64,000 nucleotides of DNA from Candidatus Spongiisociaceae bacterium (GCA_965262915.1 OZ253564.1:352001-416000), one strand, 5' to 3'. Shown: positions 41,612-52,254, numbered from the stretch's first letter. Program-made: numbers and translations. The notes: generated by a model not told the origin, from the letters alone.

Positions 41612-42067
41612 ATGAGAACCGTATTCGAGCGCTCAGCCGGGGGGATAGTGCTGACCGCAGACGGGCGGCTGGTACTGATACGAACTACCAACCTCCGGGG
41701 CCGGCCTGTCGTCACCTTGCCGAAGGGCCTGCTGGAGACGGGCGAGACCGCCGTCTCGGCGGCCCGAAGAGAGGTCACAGAGGAGACGGGATTCGACGTG
41801 CGGGCGGTCTCCGATACTCCCGCGGGCTTCGTCGAATACTGGTTCGTGCGCGATGGGGTGCGCGTCTACAAGCGGGTCGACTTCTTTCGCTTCACGGCGA
41901 TCGGCGGGAGTCCCGACCTCCACGACGGAGAGGTCGACGAGGTGCTGGTCGTCGAGGCGGGAGACGCCATCGACATGCTCAGCTACCCGGGCGAGCGGCA
42001 GGTGGTGCGCAAGGCTCTAGGAGGGTGGTGCAGGACCCCCTACACGGCCGGCCGGCCGATGACATAA
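41612..42067 (+). CDS. NUDIX hydrolase
   Basis: LPKGLLETGETAVSAARREVTEETG Nudix box. Confidence 0.9.
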   Translation: MRTVFERSAGGIVLTADGRLVLIRTTNLRGRPVVTLPKGLLETGETAVSAARREVTEETGFDVRAVSDTPAGFVEYWFVRDGVRVYKRVDFFRFTAIGGSPDLHDGEVDEVLVVEAGDAIDMLSYPGERQVVRKALGGWCRTPYTAGRPMT

Positions 42068-42123
42068 TGCCTGTTCAGAGGAAGGCGGGCCGTTGCTCCC
42101 CACCATCTTGCAGCACCCTTCTA

Positions 42124-42193
42124 GTGGTCTGCCTGCAAAAACACTTGCCGTGCTCTGCATGCATACCAGGCCGCCATTTCACAGACAGACCAC
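42124..42193. mobile_element. MITE family B, internally deleted copy in inverted orientation
   Basis: GTGGTCTGCCTGCAAAAACACTTGCCGTGCTCTGCATGC ... CCATTTCACAGACAGACCAC matches the ends of 33354-33514. Confidence 0.7.
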
Positions 42194-42200
42194 AGGCGGT

Positions 42201-42935
42201 ATGAGGGTCGACGGGGATTGGCCCGGGGTCATCACCATCAGGGAGGGCTGGGCGAAAGCGACCGCCCGACCCTGGAACGCGGACCTCCCGTACGGGTACC
42301 TGCGCCTCGAACGCGGCGGGGCCGGATTCCTTCGAGCGGCGACGGGACACGTCCTTGGATACGGCGTCGAGTTGGTGGCGTCCCCTCCCCTGCTGGACAG
42401 CGCCGCCCCGGCCTGGGTGCAGGCGGGGTTCTTCCCCTTCCTCGACCTGCATCTGTACCGGCGCAGCCTCATCGGGGCGATACCGCCCGGCCGGCACGGC
42501 GTGCGGCAGGAACCGCCCGATTTCGACGCCCTCGCCGAGATCGACCGCCGCTCGTTCGGCCCGCTCTGGAGGAGCACTGCCTCGAGCTTGCGAGAGTCGT
42601 ACCGGGCAACCCTCCAGAGGACGGTCCTCGTCACCCGCACCGGCGAGGATCCGGAAGGGTTCGCGATCGTCGGCGCCTCCGGCCTGACCGCCTACCTGCA
42701 GCGCATTGCGGTCTCGCCGGCCCACCAGGGTCGGGGATGGGGCAGCCGTCTGATCGTCGGTGCCCTCCGGTGGGCGGCCCGCCATGGTGCAGCCTCCATA
42801 CTGCTCAACACGCCGCCCGCCAACCGGGCTGCCGCAGCGTTCTACCGATCAGCCGGATTCCATCGGCTTCCGGACCGGCTCCGGGTCCTACGCTACCCCC
42901 GTGATCAGTTCCCGGCCTTCACTGATCCTGTATAG
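42201..42935 (+). CDS. GNAT family N-acetyltransferase
   Basis: IAVSPAHQGRGWG motif A, N..A..FY...GF. Confidence 0.85.
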   Translation: MRVDGDWPGVITIREGWAKATARPWNADLPYGYLRLERGGAGFLRAATGHVLGYGVELVASPPLLDSAAPAWVQAGFFPFLDLHLYRRSLIGAIPPGRHGVRQEPPDFDALAEIDRRSFGPLWRSTASSLRESYRATLQRTVLVTRTGEDPEGFAIVGASGLTAYLQRIAVSPAHQGRGWGSRLIVGALRWAARHGAASILLNTPPANRAAAAFYRSAGFHRLPDRLRVLRYPRDQFPAFTDPV

Positions 42936-43086
42936 CGGCTACTGACCGCTGATCGCCGACCGCTAACCCGTTCATTAAGATCCGGCGTTACTGACTACTG
43001 CCCATTGGCAAAGGCCCTATGCACCCAACCCCGCGGCCGGATCGCCCACCGACCACCAGCCACTGACCACTGACTTACCGGACCCG

Positions 43087-44412
43087 ATGCCGCCTCCGCT
43101 CCCGACCCGATACCACTTGGAGGTCCGCCTCGGGCGCGACGAAGACGTAGAAGAATGGCTCGCCACCGACCTGGAGTTGAGCCGACCGGTTCTGATCCGC
43201 ATCGTGGGACCCGAAGCCTCGGACCGACGGCGCGCGTCCTTCCTGGACGCGGTCCGCCAAGCCTCCCGGGTGAGTCACAACCATGTGGCGGCGGTCTACG
43301 CGGCCGACCAGGCGGAGGGTTCCGCCTACGCGGTAACGGAGTGGACCGGGGGGATCACGCTGGCCCACCGGATCGACGCGGCCAACACCCCGCCCATCGC
43401 GGAGTTCCTGTCGAACACCGCCGGCCTGGCAGACGGCCTGGCCGCACTCCACGAGGAACACGTGATCCACGGCGCCATCGACCCGGGGGCCATCCTGTAC
43501 TCGGGCGCCCACCCTGCCAAGCTGGCCGGATTCGGCAGGTCGAGGCGGACCGGCTCCCGGCGCGAGGACGTGAAGGCTCTGGGCGGTGCGCTGGAGACGG
43601 CCCTGACGGGGCGCCCGGCCGGGATCCTGGCTCCCTCGCAGGTTATAGACGCCCTACCCCCCAGCGTCGACGACGCCCTCCGCCTGGCACAGGAGGCACG
43701 GGTCAGCGCCCGCCGGCTCGCCGACCTGGTCCGCTCGATCCCCTACTCGCCGCCCCTGCGCCGCGCTTCCCGGTGGTCGTGGCGCTGGCTGATACCGGCC
43801 GCCCTGCTGGCCCTCGCTGCGATCGTCTTCGTCTGGCTGGGCAGCCTGCTGGACGCCAGTCCCAGTTCACCCGTGCTTGCGCCCGCCATCCCGGGCCCCA
43901 CTGTCACCCGTCCGGCTAGCACCACGACCACGACCACGACCGCGGCGGCTGCCGGCACCACCGCTCTCGAGGAGGACCCGGTGGAACCCGTGGTGCTGCG
44001 GAACGTGATGGCCTTCGACCCGTTGGGGGACGGCCAGGAGCATTCGGGCCGGGTGGACCACCTCGTCGACGGGGACCCCGGCACGAGTTGGCGGACCGAG
44101 CAGTACTTCGACCCCCTCCCGCTCCTCAAGGGCGGCGTCGGTGTGGCCTTCGAAGTCAGCGGCTCGCCGGCCTTCCTCGATCTGGTGGGCCTCTCGGAGG
44201 GCACGACCTTCCGGATCATGTGGGCGCCCAGCCTCCTGGGAATCGGGGATGAGCGGTGGGACACCATCACAGAGGAGACCGCCGCTACCGCCGACGCCTC
44301 GATCGAGCTTCCCGTCCGCCGGGACGGGGTGTGGCTGCTCTGGCTCACCGACCTACCGCCGGAGAACGATGTCTACCTGGCCCGGCTGGCCGAAGTAAAC
44401 TTCCGTAATTGA
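43087..44412 (+). CDS. Pseudokinase-TM-extracellular domain protein (like the MviN/MurJ C-terminal region)
   Basis: Kinase-like N-terminus with HGA for HRD and GFG for DFG, a TM helix, and FDPLGDGQE...DGDPGTSWRTE..LKGGVG; upstream of sigM. Confidence 0.75.
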   Translation: MPPPLPTRYHLEVRLGRDEDVEEWLATDLELSRPVLIRIVGPEASDRRRASFLDAVRQASRVSHNHVAAVYAADQAEGSAYAVTEWTGGITLAHRIDAANTPPIAEFLSNTAGLADGLAALHEEHVIHGAIDPGAILYSGAHPAKLAGFGRSRRTGSRREDVKALGGALETALTGRPAGILAPSQVIDALPPSVDDALRLAQEARVSARRLADLVRSIPYSPPLRRASRWSWRWLIPAALLALAAIVFVWLGSLLDASPSSPVLAPAIPGPTVTRPASTTTTTTTAAAAGTTALEEDPVEPVVLRNVMAFDPLGDGQEHSGRVDHLVDGDPGTSWRTEQYFDPLPLLKGGVGVAFEVSGSPAFLDLVGLSEGTTFRIMWAPSLLGIGDERWDTITEETAATADASIELPVRRDGVWLLWLTDLPPENDVYLARLAEVNFRN

Positions 44413-44999
44413 TAGGACGAAGGAACGTCAGAACAACCGATGACGTGCTACTCGGCCGTTACCTGGCCGGCGACATGCACGCGTTCGGCCTACTCATGGA
44501 GGCCCACGAGAGGCGGGTCTTCGCCGTCAGCCTCCGCATCCTGCGCGACCGGGAGGAGGCGCTCGACGCCACGCAGGAAACCTTCATAACCGTCCTGCGG
44601 AAGGCAGGAGGATTCGAGGGCAGGTCCGCCTTCTCGACCTGGCTGTACCGGATCGCCGTCAACACCTGCTACGACGCGCTGCGCAAGCGAGGTCGCCGCC
44701 CGACCTCGCCTCTCCCGGAGTCGTACGAACCACGGGACACGACGACCAACGGACGGCTGGAATCCGTCGAGCTGCGACCGGCGATCGAGGAGGCCTTGGC
44801 GCGCCTACCGGAGGAGTTCGGGGCCGCGGTGATCCTCTGTGACCTGGAGGACCTCCCGCTCAAGACCGTGGCCGGCATCCTCGAGATTCCCCTGGGCACG
44901 GTCAAATCCCGCGTCTTCCGGGGTCGCCGGATGCTGGCGGCAGAACTCGGGAACCTTTCGGGCGCCTCCGACTATCCGAAGGGTGACGGATATGAGTGA
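44409..44999 (+). CDS. sigM: ECF RNA polymerase sigma factor (SigM-like)
   Basis: DATQETF, FSTWLYRIAVN, GTVKSR; syntenic position before trxB. Confidence 0.8.
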   Translation: MIGRRNVRTTDDVLLGRYLAGDMHAFGLLMEAHERRVFAVSLRILRDREEALDATQETFITVLRKAGGFEGRSAFSTWLYRIAVNTCYDALRKRGRRPTSPLPESYEPRDTTTNGRLESVELRPAIEEALARLPEEFGAAVILCDLEDLPLKTVAGILEIPLGTVKSRVFRGRRMLAAELGNLSGASDYPKGDGYE

Positions 45000-46020
45000 G
45001 CATCACCCCGACATGGACCAGATCATGGCGCTGGCCGCCGGACACGTCCCTCCCGAAGAAGCAGCTCGCCTGGAGGCCGGACTCGACGCCGATGCCAAGA
45101 GGGAACTGGCTGCCCAGCGGGCCGCTCTGGCGGCGCTGGGACAGCTACCGCGTCCCAACATGTCGGCCCCCGAGCGCAGCCGCCTGCGCGCCGCGATTCG
45201 CGATGAACTCAACCTGGCGCCGGTCCGGTCTCCCGCACCGCCCCCCCGCATACTCCGTCCTCGCAGGGGCTGGTTTACCCGAGCCGTTCCCTCCCTGGTA
45301 GCGGCCGCCTCCCTGGTCGCGGTGATCGGAATCGTGCTGAACCTGGGCGGAGGATCCGACGAGGAGGCCCCCCTCAGCGACTACGAGGCGGCCGCTACTA
45401 CCGCTGCCCCGATGACGGCGGCGGCCGCTCCGGCGACGACCGCCGCCGCTCTCGCGACGCCTGCGACAACCGAGGCCCAGGCCGAAGAGGAGGCTATGTC
45501 ACAAGCAGCGCCCGTCGAAACGGGGGCCAGGACGGGCGACGCGCGCGCGGAAGAGGAGCCAACGGCCGCAGCAACGACCACCGCGGCGGCCACGACCACC
45601 GCTCCGGCGACGACGGCCGCGGCTGCGGGGGAGGCGGAGGCGGAGGCTGCCTTGGACGAGGCGCCGACCCTCCGGTACGCCTTCGTATTCTCCACCGACC
45701 AACCCGAGCAAGCCCTGACATCTGCCTTGACGGCCTACGCCAGCGACGGGCTGGACCCGTTCCCCGTGTCACAGCTACCCGAGCGAGCCGCCCGGGCGGG
45801 CCTGGTGTGCTGGGAGAACACGGCCGAAGCGACAGACCCGGATGCCGAGGTCTACTTCATGGAACGCGGGTTGATAGACGGGGTCGAGGGCGAGGCCTAC
45901 GGTATCGCGGTGCGGAGCGACGGCGACGACGAGGACGCTGATCTCGAGGAAGCGGATCCCGGCACCTTGTATCTCTTCGTCCATCCCGACTGCAGCCGGG
46001 TCCGGTTCTCCCTCCCGTGA
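44992..46020 (+). CDS. Putative membrane anti-sigma factor
   Basis: Coupled to the sigma gene; helical N-terminus, TM helix, Ala/Thr-rich linker, Cys pair. Confidence 0.7.
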   Translation: MSEHHPDMDQIMALAAGHVPPEEAARLEAGLDADAKRELAAQRAALAALGQLPRPNMSAPERSRLRAAIRDELNLAPVRSPAPPPRILRPRRGWFTRAVPSLVAAASLVAVIGIVLNLGGGSDEEAPLSDYEAAATTAAPMTAAAAPATTAAALATPATTEAQAEEEAMSQAAPVETGARTGDARAEEEPTAAATTTAAATTTAPATTAAAAGEAEAEAALDEAPTLRYAFVFSTDQPEQALTSALTAYASDGLDPFPVSQLPERAARAGLVCWENTAEATDPDAEVYFMERGLIDGVEGEAYGIAVRSDGDDEDADLEEADPGTLYLFVHPDCSRVRFSLP

Positions 46021-46062
46021 ACCGACCCCGGTGGACCGGCGGCGCCGGGCTAACCTGAGCCC

Positions 46063-46356
46063 GTGATGGAGAGCCAGGCCGCTCGTTTCGCCGACCTCGT
46101 CGAGGGAATCGCCGCCAAGGCCCGGGCGATGAGCGTCGACCGGTTGGCCCGGGCCATCACCCTGACAGCTCTCGGCCTCGGAGCGATCCTTCTGGTCCTG
46201 GTGGCGCTGGTACTCGCCTGCGTGGGCCTCTTTCGCCTGCTGGCCATCGGAGTGGGCGCCACCGCCGCGTACGCGATATTCGGGGGATTGTTCCTGGCCG
46301 CCGGATGGTTGTCCTGGAGGAAGCGCAGACACGTAGCCGAGGAGCCGAATGGCTGA
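46063..46356 (+). CDS. Small two-TM membrane protein
   Basis: Two hydrophobic helices and a basic tail; overlaps the trxB start. Confidence 0.65.
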   Translation: MMESQAARFADLVEGIAAKARAMSVDRLARAITLTALGLGAILLVLVALVLACVGLFRLLAIGVGATAAYAIFGGLFLAAGWLSWRKRRHVAEEPNG

Positions 46357-47290
46357 GAACGTAATAATCATCGGGTCGGGGCCGGCCGGCCTCACCGCGG
46401 CCCTCTATACGGCGCGCGCCGACCTGGCACCCCTCGTGTTCGAAGGTATCCAGGCGGGTGGCCAACTGATGATCACCACCGACGTCGAGAACTACCCGGG
46501 ATTCCCGGACGGCATCATGGGGCCCGAACTCATGGACCATTTCCGCAAGCAGGCCGAGCGTTTCGGGGCCCGGCTCCTGAGCCACGACGTGACGTCGGTC
46601 GACCTCTCACAGCGGCCCTTCGAGGTAGGCGTGGGCGCCGACCGCTACCGGGCCCACGCCCTCATCATCGCCACGGGGGCCAGCGCACGCTTCCTCGGCA
46701 TACCCGGCGAGGACCGCCTCGTCGGCCGCGGGGTGTCCACCTGCGCCACCTGCGACGGGTTCTTCTTCAGGGGGAAGGAGATCGTGGTCGTGGGGGGCGG
46801 CGACTCGGCCATGGAGGAATCCCTTTTCCTCTCCAAGTTCGCCTCGAAGGTCACGATCGTCCACCGCCGGGACCAGTTCCGGGCCTCCCGCATAATGGCC
46901 AACCGAGCCCTTGCCCATGAGAAGATCGAGGTCATGTGGAACACCACCGCCGAAGAGGTCCTCGGTGAGGACAAGGTGACGGGGGTGATGTTGCGGGATG
47001 TGATGTCGGGCGAGACCCGCCGGCACCCCATTGACGGGTTTTTTCTGGCGATAGGGCACGATCCGAACACCGAGATCTTCAAAGGACGGATCGACCTCGA
47101 CGAGCAGGGATACATGCTGGTTCCGGGACCGGGGACAATGACCAGCATCGACGGTGTCTTCGCTTCCGGTGATGTGGCCGACAAGGTGTACCGTCAGGCG
47201 GTGACCGCGGCCGGCACCGGATGCGCGGCCGCCATCGACGCCGAGCGCTGGCTGGAATCCCACCACGATCCCCAGACGGTCGGCGGATGA
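46349..47290 (+). CDS. trxB: Thioredoxin reductase
   Basis: [34 protein letters not shown]. Confidence 0.97.
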   Translation: MAENVIIIGSGPAGLTAALYTARADLAPLVFEGIQAGGQLMITTDVENYPGFPDGIMGPELMDHFRKQAERFGARLLSHDVTSVDLSQRPFEVGVGADRYRAHALIIATGASARFLGIPGEDRLVGRGVSTCATCDGFFFRGKEIVVVGGGDSAMEESLFLSKFASKVTIVHRRDQFRASRIMANRALAHEKIEVMWNTTAEEVLGEDKVTGVMLRDVMSGETRRHPIDGFFLAIGHDPNTEIFKGRIDLDEQGYMLVPGPGTMTSIDGVFASGDVADKVYRQAVTAAGTGCAAAIDAERWLESHHDPQTVGG

Positions 47291-47395
47291 GCCGGCCGGG
47301 GCCACGAAGCGGACCAGAAGCCTACATACATCGTTGTTGTACAGCACACACTACGCTAACGCTGTGACAACTACCGGATATCCAAGGAGGAACAC

Positions 47396-47719
47396 ATGGC
47401 GGATCTCTTGACCCTCACCGACGCGGACTTTGCGGGCGCGGTGGCCGGCGACAAGCCGGTACTGGTCGATTTCTGGGCGGTCTGGTGCGGACCGTGCAGG
47501 CTCGTTGCGCCGCTGCTGGCGGAGATCGCCGCGGAACACGGCGACAAGATCACCATCGCCAAGCTCAACATCGACGAGAACCCGAACACGCCCTTCGCCT
47601 ACGACGTGATGAGCATCCCCACGATGGTGGTGTTCCAGGACGGGGTCGAGAAGAAGCGCATAGTCGGCGCCCGGCCCAAGGCCGCGATGGTGGCGGAACT
47701 CGCGGAGTGGATCGGCTGA
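47396..47719 (+). CDS. trxA: Thioredoxin
   Basis: VDFWAVWCGPC, VMSIPT. Confidence 0.97.
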   Translation: MADLLTLTDADFAGAVAGDKPVLVDFWAVWCGPCRLVAPLLAEIAAEHGDKITIAKLNIDENPNTPFAYDVMSIPTMVVFQDGVEKKRIVGARPKAAMVAELAEWIG

Positions 47720-47771
47720 GCGACCGGCCACTCCGCTGTGCCACACGCGGGGAGGCTCGCCCGCCCCGACA

Positions 47772-48623
47772 TCAGGAGCCGAAGAACCGCCGGTAGATCT
47801 CTTCGAGTTGGCCCACGTCGGCGAACCCGAGCACCACCTGTCCCCTGTTGTTCTGGAACCGGATCCGCACCTTCGTACCCAGTTGCTCGGCCAAGCGGCG
47901 TTCGAGTTCGATGATGGCCGCCGGGCGGGACTCCGGCCGTTTGGAGCGCTCCCTCCCCCCGTCCGCACCCTTACCGACCCTGACCGCCTCCTCAAGCCGG
48001 CGTACCGACCAACCTTCCGCTACGGCGCGCTCGGCCAGATGCTCGGCCAGCGCCCGATCCTCCAGACCGAGCAAGGCCCGGGCATGGCCGGCCGATAGAT
48101 CACCCGCCGCCAGGGCAGCCTGGATGGGCGGGCTCAGGTTCAGCAGACGGATGGTGTTCGAGACCGCTGCCCGGCTGCGGCCCACCCGCTCGCCGATCTC
48201 AGCGTGCGTCAATCCGAAATCCGCCTCAAGCTGCTGGAAGGCGGCGGCCTCCTCGAGCGAACTCAGGTCCTCGCGCTGGAGGTTCTCTATGAGCGCCTCC
48301 GTGAGCGAGCCGCCCTCGTCGGTGTCCCGGATCAGAGCCGGGATCTCGGCCAAACCTACCTCCTGCGCGGCGCGCCACCGCCGCTCGCCGGCGATGAGCA
48401 CGTAGTCGAACCCGTCCGGACGTACCACGATCGGCTGCAATACGCCCACCTCCCGGATCGATGCAGTGAGCGACTCCAGCGCCCCGGCGTCGAAAGCCTT
48501 GCGGGGTTGGTTCGGGCTGGGACGGATCCTGGTCACGGAGATGTTCTCCAGGTTGCTGTTCCTGCCGGCAGGGATGAGGGCTTCCAGGCCCTTGCCCAGT
48601 CCGGATCGTCGTGCTGCCACCAT
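47772..48623 (-). CDS. parB: Chromosome partitioning protein ParB
   Basis: GLGKGLEALI, QPRK, LIAGERRWRAA, ENLQREDL. Confidence 0.96.
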   Translation of the reverse strand: MVAARRSGLGKGLEALIPAGRNSNLENISVTRIRPSPNQPRKAFDAGALESLTASIREVGVLQPIVVRPDGFDYVLIAGERRWRAAQEVGLAEIPALIRDTDEGGSLTEALIENLQREDLSSLEEAAAFQQLEADFGLTHAEIGERVGRSRAAVSNTIRLLNLSPPIQAALAAGDLSAGHARALLGLEDRALAEHLAERAVAEGWSVRRLEEAVRVGKGADGGRERSKRPESRPAAIIELERRLAEQLGTKVRIRFQNNRGQVVLGFADVGQLEEIYRRFFGS

Positions 48624-49406
48624 CTACTCCTCCGCTCGATGCCGCCGGCGGAACTCCTTCGCCGCATACCGGTAAGCGATCGCCCCCGGGCTCATCCGGG
48701 CGTATACCTCGATCGGCTCGCCGTACGAGGGCGCCTCCGACAGCCGTATCGATCTCGGTATGACCGTCCTGTAGGCCGTCTCACCGAAGTATTCCCGGAC
48801 CTGGGCGGCAACATCGCTCGCCAGCCGTGTCCGGCCATCGAACATCGTGAGCAGTACCCCACCAATGCATAGGCGGGGATTCAAACTGTTACGTACCAGA
48901 GCGATGTTTTGCATCAGTTGGGTGAGGCCTTCGAGGGCGTAATACTCGCACTGGACCGGAATCAGTACCTCGTCCGCTGCTGCCAGGGCGTTGACGGTCA
49001 GCAGGCCGAGGCTCGGGGGACAGTCGACGAGAACGATGTCGTATGAACGGCTCACCTCGCCCAGAGCTGCCGCCAGACGCAGCTCGCGGCTCAGGACCGA
49101 CACCAATTCGAGCTCGGCTCCGGCCAGATCTATGTTGGCGGGCGCTATGAACAGGTTGTCGACGCCGGTCGAGGTCACGACATCGAGGATCGGCATCCCC
49201 CCGACCACCACGTCGTAGATCGACTTCTCGATCTCGAAAACCGCTATACCCAACCCCGCGCTGGCATTGGCCTGCGGGTCGAGGTCGATCAGCAGTACAC
49301 GCTCCCCCTCGATCGCCAGGGCCGCCCCAAGGTTGATCGCCGAAGTGGTCTTACCCACGCCGCCCTTCTGGTTGGCAACGCTGACTACAACTGAGCGGGA
49401 TGACAC
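48624..49406 (-). CDS. parA: Chromosome partitioning ATPase ParA/Soj
   Basis: NQKGGVGKTT, DLDPQAN, DCPPSLG, QCEYYALEG. Confidence 0.96.
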   Translation of the reverse strand: MSSRSVVVSVANQKGGVGKTTSAINLGAALAIEGERVLLIDLDPQANASAGLGIAVFEIEKSIYDVVVGGMPILDVVTSTGVDNLFIAPANIDLAGAELELVSVLSRELRLAAALGEVSRSYDIVLVDCPPSLGLLTVNALAAADEVLIPVQCEYYALEGLTQLMQNIALVRNSLNPRLCIGGVLLTMFDGRTRLASDVAAQVREYFGETAYRTVIPRSIRLSEAPSYGEPIEVYARMSPGAIAYRYAAKEFRRRHRAEE

Positions 49407-49504
49407 TGCTCGTACCCCTCCGAACCGAGTATGACAGTGCCCCATGATACCGAGAGGAGGAGCGAGAACAACGATCCTCGATGTGCCGGGCCTTCACCTG
49501 CCAG

Positions 49505-49542
49505 TAGTGGGTTGAGGTTTCACGTGAAACCTCAACCCACTA
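49505..49542. promoter_or_regulatory. parS site within a perfect 38-bp palindrome
   Basis: GTTTCACGTGAAAC at 49517-49530, just upstream of parA. Confidence 0.92.
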
Positions 49543-49652
49543 TCAGGGGTCGGCAGTTGCCCGGTCCCCCCGGAAGGCCGCGGCCGGCGCATGCTCATCG
49601 TGATGTCAGGGTTTCGTTGGCGGCTCGGTTCCGGACGGCAGCCGAGCGACCC

Positions 49653-50540
49653 CTACTCCTGAGAGATCACCACGGATCGCCGGGGCTCCGCTCCCTCCGA
49701 GTATGACCGCACCCCGTCAACCGCTGCCACCGCGTCGTGGACGACCTTCCGGTCCGCGGCGTTCATCGGCTCGAGCATTATCTCGCCGCCCTCGTCCAAG
49801 ACCTGGGAGGCAAGCCGGCCCGCGTATATGGCGAGGGCCTTCCGGCGCCTCTGCCCATAGCCGGCGATATCCAGCCTGAGCCGGCAGTTCCTGGCCGTCT
49901 TGCGCTGGACCACCGTCTTGGTCAACTCGTGGATCGCCTGCATGACCGTCGCCTTCGCCCCTATCAACGCCTCCGTCTGCTCGCCGAGCACATCCGCGTG
50001 CAGGATCCGTCCGTCGAACCGGGTCTCCACCCGGCCCTCGAGCCCGAACTCCGCAAGCAGCCCACTGAGAAAATCCTTCACTACCGCGGCTTGCTCGTCT
50101 CCCAGGACGCGCGCCGCCAGATCATCACCAGCCACCGTTCGACCCTCTCTTTCCGCCACTTGACCACCGGTGGGCTTCCGCGTGCCACCGGAGGACTTGG
50201 AGCCCTTGGTCGCCCTACTCGATCGCCGACCACGAGCCTCCTTCTGCTTGGCCGCGGTCGCGACCCCCGATCGTTGCTTCTTTGATGCTTCTACCGGCCG
50301 CGATCGGGCTTGCCGGGAAGATTTCCTCTTGCGTCCGCCCCGAGATCGCTTCCCGCGGCGCTTCCCGCTCAGCTTCACGCGTACGATCGCATCCTGTCGA
50401 CCGATTCCCAGGAAGCCCCTCTGAGGCTCCCGGAGGACCGTGATCTCTGCGCGAGCCTTGTCCTCGATACCGAGTTCCTCAAGTGCGGCCTTCTCGGCCA
50501 CCTCGACTGATATCCCTCTGACTTCGACCCACTCGACCAT
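49653..50540 (-). CDS. jag: Jag/EloR/KhpB RNA-binding protein
   Basis: Jag_N (RGFLGIG), KH-like region, R3H motif (DRKVVHD). Confidence 0.92.
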   Translation of the reverse strand: MVEWVEVRGISVEVAEKAALEELGIEDKARAEITVLREPQRGFLGIGRQDAIVRVKLSGKRRGKRSRGGRKRKSSRQARSRPVEASKKQRSGVATAAKQKEARGRRSSRATKGSKSSGGTRKPTGGQVAEREGRTVAGDDLAARVLGDEQAAVVKDFLSGLLAEFGLEGRVETRFDGRILHADVLGEQTEALIGAKATVMQAIHELTKTVVQRKTARNCRLRLDIAGYGQRRRKALAIYAGRLASQVLDEGGEIMLEPMNAADRKVVHDAVAAVDGVRSYSEGAEPRRSVVISQE

Positions 50541-50543
50541 GCT

Positions 50544-51380
50544 CTACCTTCTCCTCCTCCGGCTGCGCTTCTTACTTGAGCCCTGCGGTTTGGACGGCTT
50601 CTTCCCATCATCCGGCGGCTGCGCCGCCGTCTTCCCTCCGGTCGGGTTGCCCGGCCGTCCGTCGATCTTGAAGATCAGCAGCTGCTGTGAAGTGCGGAAC
50701 ACGTTGCTGGTGGCGAAATACAGGTTCAGGCCCGATGGCCAGACGTAGGAGATCGCCCCGAACATCAGCGGCAGGATCTTGGTGACCCGCTGTATAGTTT
50801 CCGCCTGCGGACTGCTGCTTTGCGGGTTGCCTGGGGGGGTCAGCAACTTCTGCTGCAGGAACCCGGTTGCTACTACGAAGCCGACCAACAGCAGGTACGG
50901 GATTGTGGCCGTCGAAAAGAGGCCGTCTGTACCCACTACGTCGGACGGCGCCCGATTCAGATCCATCGTCAGGAACCGCAGGGTGCCCTCCAAGGCCTGC
51001 TCCGAGAGTTTCGATCCCGCGGGCAGGCTGTTGACCGGGTCCCGGAGAACCCTGAAGAGTGCGAACCAGATGGGCATCTGTACCAGCAGCGGCATGAAGC
51101 AACCGAACGGACTGACGCCACGCTCGCGGTACAGCGCCATCACCCCCTGGTTCATCGCCTCCTGATCGCCCTTGTGCTCCCGGCGTATCCGCTCCATTTC
51201 GGGCTGGAGTTCCTGCATGGCGCGGGTCGAACGAACCTGCTTCAACGTCAGCGGGAACACGAGCAGGTTCACGACGATCGTCAGCAGAATTATAGCTACA
51301 CCATAATTCGGTACCACATCGTAGAAGAACGATAATATCCCTCCCAGAAGGGAGAGTAGCCCGTTCCAAAGTTGGCTCAC
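50544..51380 (-). CDS. yidC: Membrane protein insertase YidC
   Basis: [34 protein letters not shown]. Confidence 0.95.
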   Translation of the reverse strand: MSQLWNGLLSLLGGILSFFYDVVPNYGVAIILLTIVVNLLVFPLTLKQVRSTRAMQELQPEMERIRREHKGDQEAMNQGVMALYRERGVSPFGCFMPLLVQMPIWFALFRVLRDPVNSLPAGSKLSEQALEGTLRFLTMDLNRAPSDVVGTDGLFSTATIPYLLLVGFVVATGFLQQKLLTPPGNPQSSSPQAETIQRVTKILPLMFGAISYVWPSGLNLYFATSNVFRTSQQLLIFKIDGRPGNPTGGKTAAQPPDDGKKPSKPQGSSKKRSRRRRR

Positions 51381-51643
51381 CGGCCTCCCCCTCGTTCCGG
51401 TACCGGATCGAACCCTCCCTTGGCCAAGGGGTGGCAACGCCCGATTCTCCTCAATCCGAGCCAGCTCCCCTTGAGGAAACCGTGCAGGCCCAACGCTTCG
51501 TGCGTGTAGCGTGAACACGACGGGACGAAGCGGCAGGAACTCGGGACCATCGGACCAACCGTGTGCTGGTACAACGTGATCAAGGACCGTCCCACCAAGG
51601 CCAGTGGGCCGGGTAGCGTTCGGGAAGAGTCAGTTCCGTTCAC
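51377..51643 (-). CDS. yidD: Membrane protein insertion efficiency factor
   Basis: [24 protein letters not shown]. Confidence 0.93.
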   Translation of the reverse strand: MNGTDSSRTLPGPLALVGRSLITLYQHTVGPMVPSSCRFVPSCSRYTHEALGLHGFLKGSWLGLRRIGRCHPLAKGGFDPVPERGGGR

Positions 51644-51971
51644 TTCGCTCGCCTTCCGCACTCGTTGCCGATATCGCCTCCTCCAGCCATCCGCACAAAG
51701 CACGAAAAGGCACGCCGGCCACCGCCGAGGATCCTATGACCACATAGTCGAACCCCGCTCGAAGCCCCACCTCGTTCAACGCCGCCCGCAAGCGCCGCTT
51801 GACACGGTTCCGTTTCACAGCCCGGCCGGCGCGCCGGCCGACGACCAGGCCGACCCTCGCGGGCCCGTCGGGGCGCTCCATTCCGATCACCGTGACCCCC
51901 CCTCGTCGGAACCTGACTCCATGACGCAGCACGGCATCGAATCGGGTCCGGCCGCTCAGCGAAGCGTGCAT
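51630..51971 (-). CDS. rnpA: Ribonuclease P protein component
   Basis: [23 protein letters not shown]. Confidence 0.92.
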   Translation of the reverse strand: MHASLSGRTRFDAVLRHGVRFRRGGVTVIGMERPDGPARVGLVVGRRAGRAVKRNRVKRRLRAALNEVGLRAGFDYVVIGSSAVAGVPFRALCGWLEEAISATSAEGERSERN

Positions 51972-52119
51972 CCGGGCGCCGCATTCCGCCTACGGCAACG
52001 TTCCAGTCCGCGGGGCGACCAGACTGCACACTTGGGGCAGCACGCTCCTTGATCGGCAGGGCGGCCTATGGGACTCTTCTTTGTCATCGTCCACAATATC
52101 TCGTCGGGGCGCGGTCAAC

Positions 52120-52254
52120 TCACGCGGCCAACCGTCGACGTCCTTTCCTGCGGCGGCGTTTGAGGATGGCGCGTCCCTGACGCGTCCGCGCCCGCCGGCG
52201 GAACCCGTGCTTGCGCTTCCGGCGGCGTCTGTTGGGTTGATAAGTACGCTTCAT
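52120..52254 (-). CDS. rpmH: 50S ribosomal protein L34
   Basis: [19 protein letters not shown]..., 44 aa. Confidence 0.97.
   Translation of the reverse strand: MKRTYQPNRRRRKRKHGFRRRARTRQGRAILKRRRRKGRRRLAA

Noticed and set aside
44950-44978. SigM-type promoter (GGAAC...) in the sigM 3' end
   Set aside because: A -35-like GGAAC is present, but there is no clear CGTC -10 at the expected spacing.
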